Positions 43,723-54,351 of a stretch of DNA of 64,000 nucleotides are shown here, piece by piece. A model generated the notes under the pieces. It did not search any database. It had not been told where the DNA came from and was given only the letters and a program-made list of their open reading frames with translations. The position numbers and the translations under genes were made by a program. Where the stretch lies: the IMG/VR virus record IMGVR_UViG_3300038361_000164, positions 107,086-171,085 of that record; one strand, written 5' to 3'. Position 1 is the first letter of the stretch. Each line of letters begins with the position of its first letter. This DNA is from a virus.

Positions 43723-44174
43723 TATATTGTCTCCGCTATGTCATATATCATATGAGCGTAGTTTGCGATGTCTGTACATTCCTTTCTTATCTGTTCAAGT
43801 TTGTTTTTAGTCTTTCCCGCTTCAAGAATTTCGCGAAGCTCGCCAAGTTCACCTTCAAGCTGCTCAAACAAATACCAATGACTACATTCTTCCCATCCAC
43901 CTTTACGGTCGTTTTCTTTTAAGATTTCCTCCATCGCATATGCAAATTTAAATACTGATGGTCGGACTCCGCTGGCAAGAATGTCTGCAGTTCTTATTTC
44001 TGGCGCCGTTTGTGTTTGTGTTTGTGAGGGCTTGTTTAGTGTTTGAATATAATGTCTGTTCGGAGTATCATAATACCCTTTATCCCATTTTATAATATAG
44101 AATTCTCCTTTTTCCGTATCATAATATACTCCGTTATCATGATCCGCCATCATTCCTTCTGGTAAGTTTTTCAT
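43722..44174 (-). CDS. MazG-like nucleotide pyrophosphohydrolase (tentative)
   Basis: FEQLEGELGELREIL...ECTDIANYAHMIYDIAE resembles the MazG EE.GEL...E.GD core. Confidence 0.45.
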   Translation of the reverse strand: MKNLPEGMMADHDNGVYYDTEKGEFYIIKWDKGYYDTPNRHYIQTLNKPSQTQTQTAPEIRTADILASGVRPSVFKFAYAMEEILKENDRKGGWEECSHWYLFEQLEGELGELREILEAGKTKNKLEQIRKECTDIANYAHMIYDIAETI

Positions 44175-44347
44175 TGTTTCTTTTGGTTAAATGTCGTACA
44201 TATCCTGAGGTGGATACTTTTGTTCTTCTATTATTTGATTGATCTTCTTATTAAGAAGCTTTTTTGTTTCTGTTGGATTATCACTAACTATTCCTTCCTT
44301 AACTATAGTAACAATTTCCATTAGATGTGAATCGTCTAGTTTTATTT

Positions 44348-44905
44348 TCATTTGGTTTTCCTTGTGAATTTGAAGTAGCTCCAGAAGGTACTTTTCGGTT
44401 TGTCGTTTCCCGCTTTCAGTGGTTTGTCAAGATCTAGATTGACATTAACTGTTTTCGGCACATACCTACCTATTGTAGCTATTGGAAGTATCGTCCTTCC
44501 GTCTAGCTGTTCATCTATTTGTAAACAATTTGCGGGTTCTGATATAAAATGTGCTACTCCGTGTGAATCGTATCCTAAGATTATTTTTTTACCCTCTTTG
44601 TTATTACAAATAAGAGCTCCTATCGTTAGGTTGCGTTTTTCTAGGTCCGCTGCGATAGCATCGTGGGTTTCTCTATACTTTTGAATATTCTTTTCGTCTA
44701 TAAGCTTCTGATTTGCTTTTTTAAGAATCTGATTGTCGAAGTATAAAGATTCCAGTAGAGGTTTTATAGTACGCTCAAGCTCATACCCTAATAAATTGTG
44801 TTTTGCTGGACGCGTCAGCTGTGGACGCGCGTCGAAGTACTCATCGATGAATTTTGTTAAGTCATTATCTGTCATGATGTTTTTCCTTTCTGTTTGTTTG
44901 GCCAT
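44348..44905 (-). CDS. hypothetical protein
   Basis: Ends with TGA, then AAA, then TAA. Confidence 0.4.
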   Translation of the reverse strand: MAKQTERKNIMTDNDLTKFIDEYFDARPQLTRPAKHNLLGYELERTIKPLLESLYFDNQILKKANQKLIDEKNIQKYRETHDAIAADLEKRNLTIGALICNNKEGKKIILGYDSHGVAHFISEPANCLQIDEQLDGRTILPIATIGRYVPKTVNVNLDLDKPLKAGNDKPKSTFWSYFKFTRKTK

Positions 44906-45081
44906 TTACTTAAAAAGAATGGTTTCCTCGATCGTACTCCTTTTATTGGTCTTTTATGTGCATCAATAAAAACTTTCGCATCATTTACTGTTACACCATG
45001 AAAGGTGTAACTTTCAAGATCATCTTCTATTTTTCGTATATATGCCAATTGTTTGGCTGTGGCTAAGTTTTCTTGTCTCAT
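44872..45081 (-). CDS. hypothetical small protein
   Basis: 69-aa ORF. Confidence 0.3.
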   Translation of the reverse strand: MRQENLATAKQLAYIRKIEDDLESYTFHGVTVNDAKVFIDAHKRPIKGVRSRKPFFLSKWPNKQKGKTS

Positions 45082-45305
45082 GGTGTTCTCCTTTCTTCTG
45101 TTATATCGATTGATTCTTTTCTTCGATCTGAGTATTCAACAAATCGTGAGGTTAAAGAAACGGTATTGTTATGTGTATTATTTACATAAATGTAGTTCCA
45201 ACCATTGGGAACTCTGTGTACAGTGACACGTAAAATTGCAATATCTTCTACAATAGGTGCCAATGTAGTACTTTCATGTAATTCTAAGGCCCATATGTCT
45301 TTCAT
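45078..45305 (-). CDS. hypothetical small protein
   Basis: 75-aa ORF. Confidence 0.3.
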   Translation of the reverse strand: MKDIWALELHESTTLAPIVEDIAILRVTVHRVPNGWNYIYVNNTHNNTVSLTSRFVEYSDRRKESIDITEERRTP

Positions 45306-45455
45306 AGTTCAGTCTCCTTTGTAATTATAGAAAATAATCCAAAACTAATGGCTATAAGGCTGCACAACAGCCCTAAACCGCTTATATCCCAAACAAATAA
45401 ATACCACCACGATGCAGCTATAAATGTCCAGGCAGATAATATATATCTTTTCTTT

Positions 45456-45713
45456 TTAGTTAACACAGCTACACTCCTGCGGCGGGAATACGCACTCTGT
45501 AAGTATCCAACGGTCGTCTAGTACTGGTATTCCACCAAGCCCGACACAAGCATCAATGGCTTGTTGTGGTCTACTGGCTAAGGGTTCTCCTGTTAGTGGA
45601 TCTGTCTCTGCACATCGTGTGCTAAGTCCTACGAGAAGGAGGCATATTGTTATTGTCCATATTAATCTAGTTTGTTGGCTATAGTTCATATTAAGGTTCC
45701 TTATGTTGTACAA
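45456..45713 (-). CDS. hypothetical secreted/membrane small protein
   Basis: N-terminal hydrophobic segment; Cys-containing. Confidence 0.35.
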   Translation of the reverse strand: MYNIRNLNMNYSQQTRLIWTITICLLLVGLSTRCAETDPLTGEPLASRPQQAIDACVGLGGIPVLDDRWILTECVFPPQECSCVN

Positions 45714-46086
45714 CAGTTCTTAAACGGTTGAGTGATTCTTGTGGTGTATGTCCGTCATATTCAAATGCTACTTTATCCAGCTCAGGTATGTTAAACAAAT
45801 ACCAATGTTTCATTTCATAGTGATTAGAAATTTGTCCTTCTGGCAGTAGTGCCACTACAACAAACCAGTTTGAGCTTCCAAAACATTTTTCGCCATCGTG
45901 ATGTCTTTTAGACTTGTGAACATGATACTTCTTTTGTGTGGCCCATTCATTAAACAATGCTGCGTTATACATCATCCGATATTCATATAACTCGTTAAAA
46001 GTATGTAGTCCGTCTGAAACATCTCCCGGCATAGTATCGACGGGTAACACAATATCATATCCTAATACCACATTTGTTTTACTCAT
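45691..46086 (-). CDS. hypothetical protein
   Basis: 131-aa ORF. Confidence 0.4.
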   Translation of the reverse strand: MSKTNVVLGYDIVLPVDTMPGDVSDGLHTFNELYEYRMMYNAALFNEWATQKKYHVHKSKRHHDGEKCFGSSNWFVVVALLPEGQISNHYEMKHWYLFNIPELDKVAFEYDGHTPQESLNRLRTVVQHKEP

Positions 46087-46108
46087 TATTTTGTTTTCTT
46101 TCTTTTTT

Positions 46109-46585
46109 TTAGTGTATTTGATTACAAAGTCTTCTGTCTTTTAAGCTTAGTAGTTTTCTCACTACGGGGCACATGAATTCTAAACATACCCAGCTTCTCA
46201 ATCTATATGGTAATGAGCATCCACCTTTTCTCCAAAACCCTACTTCTTGCTTAAATAACTTTTTATATATCTGTTTATCGTAGTAAGTAGGTTTATGGCT
46301 GATGTATCCTTTATGTGCATAACATAGCTGACAACATCCTTTTTCCAAGTTCTCAGGATTCTTTGTTGTGGCGACTTTAATGTATGGAAAAGCATCTTGA
46401 AACTTATCAGATCGAGAATATGCACATCCTGTTTGATCTACGTTGCAAGGAAAATTTATAGTTTTAACATCCTTAGCTGTTTGATTATGTTCTTTGGTAA
46501 GTACTTTGCTACGTGTCTCGTGTTTCTTAAAATGCTCTGTTAACATTTCTTCAGGTGTCATGTGTCTTGCGTTTGATATTTGCAT
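46109..46585 (-). CDS. hypothetical Cys-rich protein
   Basis: About 12 Cys including CNVDQTGCAY and GCCQLCYAHKGY. Confidence 0.4.
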   Translation of the reverse strand: MQISNARHMTPEEMLTEHFKKHETRSKVLTKEHNQTAKDVKTINFPCNVDQTGCAYSRSDKFQDAFPYIKVATTKNPENLEKGCCQLCYAHKGYISHKPTYYDKQIYKKLFKQEVGFWRKGGCSLPYRLRSWVCLEFMCPVVRKLLSLKDRRLCNQIH

Positions 46586-46588
46586 TTG

Positions 46589-46957
46589 TTAGAAGATTTC
46601 TATTACATAGTCTTTGGGAAGTATTATCAAGGGTGTCCCTACAGGAAGTCCTTCATAGTGGTATTGTTGGATTAAGATAGGGACTGTGGCTTCTTCCAAG
46701 TGTACAACGTGGACGTCCCAAGAATTAGCGAGATCGTTTAGATTAAAAGCCTCTCCTTTATCAGAAACACTAGTTAAGTGATATTCTCCATCATTATCGA
46801 TTTTAATATCGTTGATGGTGTATACTACTTCGTAGAGGGGAGGTTGTTCAAATGTAGCTCCTAAATACCCTATCCAACACAGTTCTGCAGCTACAAGAAG
46901 GAGAATAGTGCTGTAAAAAATATTACTGATAATATGTCTTTTTCTTTCTTTTTTCAT
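46589..46957 (-). CDS. hypothetical membrane-anchored protein
   Basis: N-terminal transmembrane segment. Confidence 0.4.
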   Translation of the reverse strand: MKKERKRHIISNIFYSTILLLVAAELCWIGYLGATFEQPPLYEVVYTINDIKIDNDGEYHLTSVSDKGEAFNLNDLANSWDVHVVHLEEATVPILIQQYHYEGLPVGTPLIILPKDYVIEIF

Positions 46958-47100
46958 TATTTAGTTTCTTTCTAGTTTTTTGTTAAAGTCAGTGGAATAA
47001 TATGTACCTCTTTCCTCTGCGCCGAACTGGGGTTTTATATTGAAAGAGTATAAATTACCTCCAAACCTTTGTACTACTTTATAGTGCTTCTGTAGGCTCT

Positions 47101-47355
47101 TCATACTTCTTGTGCGTGAATCTCTTCTCGGGTTTTTTTGATATTAGCAAGGAGTCTTTCTTGTAGAGTTTGAAGAAGTGAGTCCTTTTCTTTGCCAATA
47201 ACAGTTACTGGCGGTATATTACTACCATCGTGTTTGTCTATGATCTCCAAATAGTCTCGTGTTTTGAGTTTGCTAATTGTGTTAAGATCCTGTAGATCCT
47301 TGGCTAAGCTTTCAGCTAAGATCTGTAAGTTCTTTAGTGTATTTGTTTCGGTCAT
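47101..47355 (-). CDS. hypothetical small protein
   Basis: 84-aa ORF. Confidence 0.3.
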   Translation of the reverse strand: MTETNTLKNLQILAESLAKDLQDLNTISKLKTRDYLEIIDKHDGSNIPPVTVIGKEKDSLLQTLQERLLANIKKTREEIHAQEV

Positions 47356-47888
47356 TAGAATATTCCTCTTTCTATTAGTTTTGTTAAAAGTTCGTCACCG
47401 GCAAGTACTTGCTCTTTCAGCATTACTTCATGTGCCGAATAAGTACCTGGAGGTGTTGGAACAGAATCTGCAAAGTGTTGTCCATTACGCCAGTATTGAT
47501 TCAGGTCAGGTGTCTCATACCACAAAGTATCTGCTTCTTGCATACTAGGTTGTGCTGATACAAATTTTGTGTCACATGTCCAAATTTCTAGATTAGGGTA
47601 ACAAGATTTATCTCCCACGGCATTCTTCAGCATTTTTAGACAGTTTTCCACACTGTCCATAATAAATAACTTTGAATACTTTATTTTTGGCTGTATCCAC
47701 TCATCTTTAATGTATTCTAGAGATGTGCCATATTTAATATTACGTCTAGTTGTGAACATGTTCATGGAGAATAGTCTATCTTTATAGATGTCTCGATTGG
47801 ATCTTTTCACTACCTTATAATAAGGAGGTGGATCGGGAGTACGTGGTTTGGCAGATGCAAATATTGGAGTTCCAGTATTACGTTTCAT
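47355..47888 (-). CDS. hypothetical protein
   Basis: 177-aa ORF. Confidence 0.4.
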   Translation of the reverse strand: MKRNTGTPIFASAKPRTPDPPPYYKVVKRSNRDIYKDRLFSMNMFTTRRNIKYGTSLEYIKDEWIQPKIKYSKLFIMDSVENCLKMLKNAVGDKSCYPNLEIWTCDTKFVSAQPSMQEADTLWYETPDLNQYWRNGQHFADSVPTPPGTYSAHEVMLKEQVLAGDELLTKLIERGIF

Positions 47889-47889
47889 A

Positions 47890-48159
47890 TTATAATTCCT
47901 TAATCTCTTTCAGTGTTTTGTCCACCTTATTCTCATAAAATATACGTAGGTAGTTAAGAAGGCCGGCTTGTACATCTTTGTCTGTAATTGTTAAATGGTG
48001 ATTTTCATCTGCATTTGATAAATGTAGTTTGCCTGTTTCGAATTGTTCTAGTTTTATCACAGATTGCAGTTTCCAAATACTCTTTTCCAGAGTTGAGGTA
48101 TGCTTTATTAAGTTGTCAAGCTTATTAGCTTGCTCTTTGTTTGTTTGAGATTCGCTCAT
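47890..48159 (-). CDS. hypothetical small protein
   Basis: 89-aa coiled-coil-like ORF. Confidence 0.35.
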   Translation of the reverse strand: MSESQTNKEQANKLDNLIKHTSTLEKSIWKLQSVIKLEQFETGKLHLSNADENHHLTITDKDVQAGLLNYLRIFYENKVDKTLKEIKEL

Positions 48160-49130
48160 AATTTTTCTTTCCTTAATAGTAAGACTACTTTTTACGAACT
48201 ATCACTTGTTTATCGACAAGGTTCAGCTCTGCTGTGTATTCTTTAGGTGAATACTGTTTTTTTAACTCTGCTACCTTAATTGGATCCGCCATCCATTTAT
48301 ACATAGAGGTTTCGGATTCAAACTGCTTAGCTATTATTGGTTTTGGCATGATTTGTTGGGTCCTTGTATTGTTAGTATTTGTTTAAAAGTGGCGATTATC
48401 TACATAGGTGTTTTCTCTATTACTGACAAAATGTCTGTAGAAGTCTGCCACGAAATACGGGGTTTGGTGTTGGTTTTTGGCTGTTTTTTGTCGATTCTGC
48501 AAATTTTCGGTTCGATTTTGATCAATTTTTGACGATTTTGATCCAAAATTTTGGGGACTTTATAAGATTTGGGAAACATTAAAGGCCAGAGTTTGGAGAT
48601 TTGGGTCTATTTCATATATGAATGCGGTCTATGTATGGGCTAAAAAACGAGAAAAAAAGTGCGTTTTTTGCTCAAAATGAAGTTGGTTTTGAACAGAATT
48701 GCTCAAAAAGGGCCAAAAACGGAAGGCAAAGTGCCGATTTCTCGAAAATTATTTGTTTAAAGTACCAGTGATGAAATAATATGTACGTGGTAGGAACGTT
48801 GTTTTTGCTTACAAGGTTTACAAGGGCTTGTAAAGTAATAAATACTATTAATATTAAGTACTTACTTAGGTAGTTTACAAACTTACAAGAAATTTAGCCA
48901 GGCGTCTAGCTTGAGCGTTTTAGCTTTTTATGTTTTTCGTTTTCTGAGTTGGCTCAGAAGTAGTTGCATGTGTTGTTTTCTTGTAAATTTGTAAACTGTT
49001 TGGATAAGTGCTTGTTATTAATGCGGGATATCGGTTTACAAAGGCTTGTAAACTTAGAGGTAGCTTGTAAACCTATATATTTTTTTATGCTATGATTAAT
49101 ATAATTGCAATTTACTGGCACTACACTGCA
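48160..49130. promoter_or_regulatory. AT-rich non-coding region with direct repeats and TTGTAAAC/GTTTACAA iterons (origin-like)
   Basis: About 970 bp without credible ORFs; CGATTTTGATC(A/C)AA twice; at least five copies of GTTTACAAGGGCTTGTAAA-type inverted iterons between 48800 and 49080. Confidence 0.5.
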
Positions 49131-49559
49131 CTACGCTGTGTTGCTTTGGAGTACTGCTTTGCGTATACTGTGCATTGATATTACTATTCCACACATTTGT
49201 CTGATATCTTTTTGCACTATCTCTGTATCTGACGAGCCTGGATAGATATTAAGAGGATCGCCAAGAAGTGCTATTGTATTGTTGCATGACTCTGTGCAAG
49301 CTTCTATTATATCTTCATGGTCCTCTTCACTGTGCACATTTACTGCTAATTTTGTTAGAGTATCGTATGTTTCCCGTAAATAGGTTATTGTTTCGTCTTT
49401 GTTATTAGCTTCAAAGCTAAGAACGTTTTCTCCTATTTCTTTAATTTGAGCTACTTGTTCGTCTATTAAATTCGGCATATGTGTTTCTTTCTTGATTAGT
49501 TTGATGTGGTCAAAGACTCTTACTTCGAATCCCATTTCTGAGGGGTCTGTGTTTTTCAT
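49131..49559 (-). CDS. hypothetical protein
   Basis: 142-aa ORF. Confidence 0.4.
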   Translation of the reverse strand: MKNTDPSEMGFEVRVFDHIKLIKKETHMPNLIDEQVAQIKEIGENVLSFEANNKDETITYLRETYDTLTKLAVNVHSEEDHEDIIEACTESCNNTIALLGDPLNIYPGSSDTEIVQKDIRQMCGIVISMHSIRKAVLQSNTA

Positions 49560-49834
49560 CAGATACTCCTTATTTCGTTATTACAACCGTCTCCAATATT
49601 GGTGAGGTATTGATCTAGAGTATGTAAGAATTCTGGAAATCGTTTCTTATTTATGTGAATGGTTTTATCTAAATAATCATGACCACTGTTTCCAGGCTGG
49701 TCAGCTTTAATATAGATCTTAATAGAGACTGTGGATTTATCCTTTAGTAGCTTGGCTATTTTTCTTTTTTGTACTCTAGTCTCTTCTTGTTCTTCCACAA
49801 GATTAAATACTGTGAGAGCATCTTTCATTTCCAT
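49559..49834 (-). CDS. hypothetical small protein
   Basis: 91-aa ORF. Confidence 0.35.
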   Translation of the reverse strand: MEMKDALTVFNLVEEQEETRVQKRKIAKLLKDKSTVSIKIYIKADQPGNSGHDYLDKTIHINKKRFPEFLHTLDQYLTNIGDGCNNEIRSI

Positions 49835-49838
49835 TTGG

Positions 49839-50105
49839 TTATTCCTTTTTAAGTATGTCTTGTGTTAATAGTTTTGATAGGAGCTCAATTTGTTCATCTA
49901 AATACTCCTTTGTCTGATTTTCAAAGAAGGTTAACAGCTGCTCGGCAGCTCCGGTGGCCATAATCTCTAACTGGTTTGTTTCACTGAAGATTATTAGTCC
50001 CTTAATTCCTTCATCTTTGACTCTTTTACATTGTTTTATTGTGCCGGCGGCGTGAGCCATACGGTCAGTGATCTTTTCTCGTTGTTCGTAAGTAGGGTCA
50101 GCCAT
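49839..50105 (-). CDS. hypothetical small protein
   Basis: 88-aa ORF. Confidence 0.35.
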   Translation of the reverse strand: MADPTYEQREKITDRMAHAAGTIKQCKRVKDEGIKGLIIFSETNQLEIMATGAAEQLLTFFENQTKEYLDEQIELLSKLLTQDILKKE

Positions 50106-50308
50106 TACTCAGCTATCTTTAATGAGATTTCTAACTCAATAGGGATATGAGAGGCCAGTTCACGGTTGGCAATCTGTTTTTCGTCTTGATTTACTAGAAA
50201 TTGTGTGTCAGAGACGTGTTCATGAAATTCTTCCAGTATATTGGACATTATTTCTTCTACATCAGCTATTTCAGGTATTAAAATACTTATATTCTTCGAG
50301 TCAGGCAT
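50105..50308 (-). CDS. hypothetical small acidic protein
   Basis: 67-aa ORF. Confidence 0.3.
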   Translation of the reverse strand: MPDSKNISILIPEIADVEEIMSNILEEFHEHVSDTQFLVNQDEKQIANRELASHIPIELEISLKIAE

Positions 50309-50331
50309 ATTATATCCTTTTTAAGTTAAAA

Positions 50332-50529
50332 TTAATTAAATGCGCCTTCCACCAAGGCGTTAGAGAGTTCCGCAGTAGTAATGTCATGTTCTTCTAATTG
50401 CTTTCTGAATCTAGAGAGATATATCTTTAGGGCCATCTTGGCTGTATCAGGCTTTTTCGCGTTCATGAGTATCTTTTTTACGTTCCTTTCTTGCTCTGGT
50501 GTTAATAGTGAGCTATTTTCAGTTTGCAT
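50332..50529 (-). CDS. hypothetical small protein
   Basis: 65-aa ORF. Confidence 0.3.
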   Translation of the reverse strand: MQTENSSLLTPEQERNVKKILMNAKKPDTAKMALKIYLSRFRKQLEEHDITTAELSNALVEGAFN

Positions 50530-51548
50530 TTGTTTGTTGGTTGTTTGTTATTGAAATACGGCTTAGATGACTGGGGTCACCAGTCACCTAAGGAGCGATG
50601 AAACGGGGTAGGAATTGCGCCGCGATAAACAGTTGAGTTAATTAAATTCATCTGGTAGCTACATTTACCTCTAGTTTTGCCCATCTCAATTCTAAAAATC
50701 TGTCCTGGTAGTTAATTCTACTGATTTATTCACCCAATTTCAGGGATGGTCAAGACGATAACGCCTTGGCTGGTGGTTCAGCTAATCTATACGCCCTTTA
50801 GGACGGTCAGGAAGTGTGCTTACAGTCTTCAAGCGCTGTAAGTTTATTTTTATGTGATCGTCGGGGTGTTCTTGAAGAGAACAACACTTGCCTCCCACAT
50901 AATTAGTTGCCCGTCTCTGGAAAGCGGGCTAGTTATATCTCCAAGATTAGTCCAGAACCATCTTGGCGCATTGTAATGCTACTGAACCAATTGTTGCATT
51001 TGTATTGTGTTTGCGTTTCTTCGGAATTTTGTTACTCTCGCCCTGAACCTGCCATTCATCTAATTGATGACTTAACAGGGGAGCGCATAACGATGTTCCA
51101 AACTCCTGGCCTAGAGTACCTCATTTTCAGCTTATGATATAAGACTCGTCAATTGTGCACAAAAGACAAGGGTTAACCTTATAACGTTGCTTTATAGAGT
51201 TTTTGTATGATTCGCAGCATACTACGAAGCGTGAGCTGCATATTAATGAATTTCTTGGGAAAGAAACACTTACACAAATTTGGGCTCCAAGTAGGGACGA
51301 ACCTACACATATCTAGAGTACGCAGCTCGACGTGTCTAACACGTCGGAAGCATTGGAGCATTGAAATGTTGGGGTATATTTATGAAATACACGCTAAGGT
51401 GTTATTCACTATTCTTATACCCAATTTCCTGAGTATTACAGGGTTCCATCTGATTTGCAACGTATCCTGCGGTAATAGATAATATAATTACTAGGATCAT
51501 GTGACCTATAAATCTACACGTAGCATCTTTCATATCAATCCTTTCTAA
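50530..51548. other. ~1 kb non-coding region with higher GC and several hairpins (possible structured ncRNA)
   Basis: No ORF longer than 60 aa except overlapping artefacts; hairpins GACTGG-GGTCA-CCAGTC and CGACGTGT-CTAA-CACGTCG; promoter-like motif at 51411-51422 pointing into the region. Confidence 0.35.
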
Positions 51549-51821
51549 TTAATTACCTTTACCATACAGCCACAATTGTACAGTAGACAGTGTCACTATA
51601 ATACAGGTAGCAAGTGTATGATTTGCAGCTAGCCATTCCACTACTATAGGGTACCACCATATAGACACTTGAATTGACCACCAAGCAAATGTTATATTTA
51701 TCACTACAAAGAATAGAAGAACGATTCGACGTACCCATTCGTTAGGAGGCGGAGATAAGTAGTATATAGCAACAGCTATGACAGCGATCATATTTACTAC
51801 CAAAAATAAATAAAATAACAT
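51549..51821 (-). CDS. hypothetical membrane protein
   Basis: Three transmembrane segments; preceded by the GGTATAAGAAT motif. Confidence 0.4.
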   Translation of the reverse strand: MLFYLFLVVNMIAVIAVAIYYLSPPPNEWVRRIVLLFFVVINITFAWWSIQVSIWWYPIVVEWLAANHTLATCIIVTLSTVQLWLYGKGN

Positions 51822-51872
51822 ATTAATCCTTTCAAATTAAGTTGTTTGTTACACCATTCTTATACCCAAATA

Positions 51873-52286
51873 CTAGTTATTTTCATAGGTAAAGCTGAAT
51901 TGATGTTTCTTATCGCCTACCAAGTCCCAGATGTCTGTATTATCGGAGGCGGCGTTAACGTAGGCGACCATTTTTGCATCTCTTAAGAAATAGACTTCTG
52001 TCTCTCTGACATCTAATTCATCGAAAAGGATTGTTAGTATATCTAAGGGCTGAGCATAATGAGAGAACTTCCATACATCTATTGAGTAGGTTAGGTAGTC
52101 TACAATTATGACATAACTAGCCACATAGGTTTGAGTCGGTATAGGTAATGCGTTTGAATGTTCTAGCAAAGTAGCGGACACATCGGTGACTACAAGCTGG
52201 TCGTAAACTAATACAGATTGTTCAGTATCAGTGGTGTAAGCAAATGAGCACAGTAAAATTAGTATACTGTATAGGTATTTATTCAT
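51873..52286 (-). CDS. hypothetical secreted protein
   Basis: Signal-peptide-like N-terminus; preceded by the GGTATAAGAAT motif. Confidence 0.4.
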   Translation of the reverse strand: MNKYLYSILILLCSFAYTTDTEQSVLVYDQLVVTDVSATLLEHSNALPIPTQTYVASYVIIVDYLTYSIDVWKFSHYAQPLDILTILFDELDVRETEVYFLRDAKMVAYVNAASDNTDIWDLVGDKKHQFSFTYENN

Positions 52287-52381
52287 GAGTTGAGTTTGGT
52301 TATTTAAGAGTAAGTATTGATTACATAATTCTTATACCACAAACCTGTTGATTTTCTTGGAGATTGTTCCAATATTAAGGT

Positions 52382-53758
52382 ATGTCATTTAAAGTATATA
52401 GAGCAGTTGTGGTAGATGTTGAGGAGTTACAGGATAACCCCAACATATTTAATATATTTGTACAAAAGATGTATGATTATAATGCTACTAAAAGAAAAGC
52501 GTTACCACCATCACCTATTGGAACAAGCAGTGTTGGTAGCGGATTTTTAAGTCGTCCAGAAATTAAGCAGGAATGTATGGTAGCTGAAGATGAGAATGAA
52601 CCTATAGTTCAGATCCTAACATATACTACTACAAGATTTACAAACCCATTTGGTGGATTAACTGGTGGTGAAAAGATAGCACCAGGTGGATTTGCCATGA
52701 AGATTGGTGGAGCCAATAAATCCGTACTCTCGATGGAGCCGGGTGGAGTATTTGGATTGTTTTCAAATGCGTGGGCACATATGGGACTATATGGGGAAAA
52801 AGGAGAATATAACTTAGTTGCTAAAACATTAGATCAGAGAACAAAGGTTGGAACTATTCTCGAAACATATAATCCTAGTGATAATAGATCCTCCTATGTA
52901 TGACATCGAACACAGTTTATCGAACGCCCAATATTGGCAGACCATAAGAATAGCAGTGAGGCGTTACCAATATTTCCAAGCGTAGATCCTTTTGTAGGCC
53001 AGACCATTATTAGATCTGGTACAATTAAGAATTTAGCCTTTCCAAATGATGAACCTTTAGAACATGTGTATGAATTGGAAACAAGGCAATCTAAAGTAAA
53101 TAATACTAGGAAGGATGTGTTCACTAAATTAAAACTGGGAATACAGAATAAACACAGACCTTTCACTAATACAGAGGAATATCCAGGTGGGACTATTTTT
53201 GAGTGGACACAGAAACGCAGTGATCAAGGAGCTCGACTTGAACGATATGGGCTACTAGGTCCGAGTCGTGTAGAGTCTGGAGAATTATATAGACATAATG
53301 TTGTACACGGATTTGATCATGTACTAAGAGAAGGGGAAGGATATGAGTATAACTTTCCAGATGAGAGAGCTACACATCAACTTATGGAGAGTTTTGGAAC
53401 AATAAACGATGGATCTGTGTATAGAAAGAGAATACACGGACCAAATACTAGTGTGACGAAGGTTTTAGCTGATGATCAGTATAAAATAGATGTCAAAATA
53501 GGCGAAGCTGAGTATAATTTAAAATTTACAGAGAATGGATTGACCATATCCACAAATGGTACTGATAAATATATAAAACTAGGCGGATCAGGGAATGAAC
53601 TGGAGTTAGCTACAAAAGAATTTGTTGAAGATGTATATGATGCACATACACACGGTACCGGAGTAGGACCCAGTAGTCCTCCTTTATTAAACGCACAAGC
53701 ACAAGCAATAGCAGGAGGGGCCAGTAACTATTTAACAACAGTAACTAAGTCAGACTAA
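52382..53758 (+). CDS. hypothetical (possibly virion) protein, probably a single product via in-frame TGA at 52901-52903
   Basis: ORFs 52382..52903 and 52934..53758 share a frame; the intervening 10 codons are open; the second ORF has no ATG (TTG). Confidence 0.4.
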
Positions 53759-54279
53759 TGGATATTAATAATATTATAGCAGATGTGATGAATATCTTGG
53801 TAAGTCCAGACATAAACCAAGATAATATAGCAGATGTATGGTGGAATATCATAGATAACGCTATAAATGACCTAACTTTCGTGTCTCCAACCACCGAACA
53901 CGCCTTTTCTCCTAATATTTTAACATATACAACAGCATTTCAAGCCTTTCCTGGTTATTTCCCAACATATAGTAATGTAGATATCGGATTGGTAGTGTTA
54001 TCTCGTTTTTTCAGTGAGAAGCTATTTCCCTTAAATGCTGTAACAGTAACAGGTCTTCCAACACTATTTCACAGTACCGCAGTTGGGTTAGTCAGTATCA
54101 TTAGTACCTCAGCTGTTCCTTGAGGAGTGCTTGACTTGAGTAATGAAAGCAGTTATGAAACAGCAGCAACTGTTTTGGGAAATGCCATATATACAATTAT
54201 AACATCAGTAACAGTGGTTGCAACGGTCCTAGATTCGTCAGGAGCGTCATTTCTAGTTACATTGTCAGCAAATTAAGCT
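53758..54279 (+). CDS. hypothetical protein with in-frame TGA at 54121-54123 (extension to TAA at 54277)
   Basis: The 52 codons after the TGA are open and match upstream composition (ITSVTVVATV). Confidence 0.35.
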
Positions 54280-54351
54280 TGACCGTTTCTAGTGAACTTG
54301 TTATATTAAACTAAAGCTAAAAATAATAGCAAACGCAGATTAAAAGCAGAA

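Noticed and set aside
48160-49130. DnaA boxes in the iteron region
   Set aside because: No match to TTATCCACA was seen. The repeats are phage-specific iterons, so any DnaA dependence is not supported by the sequence.
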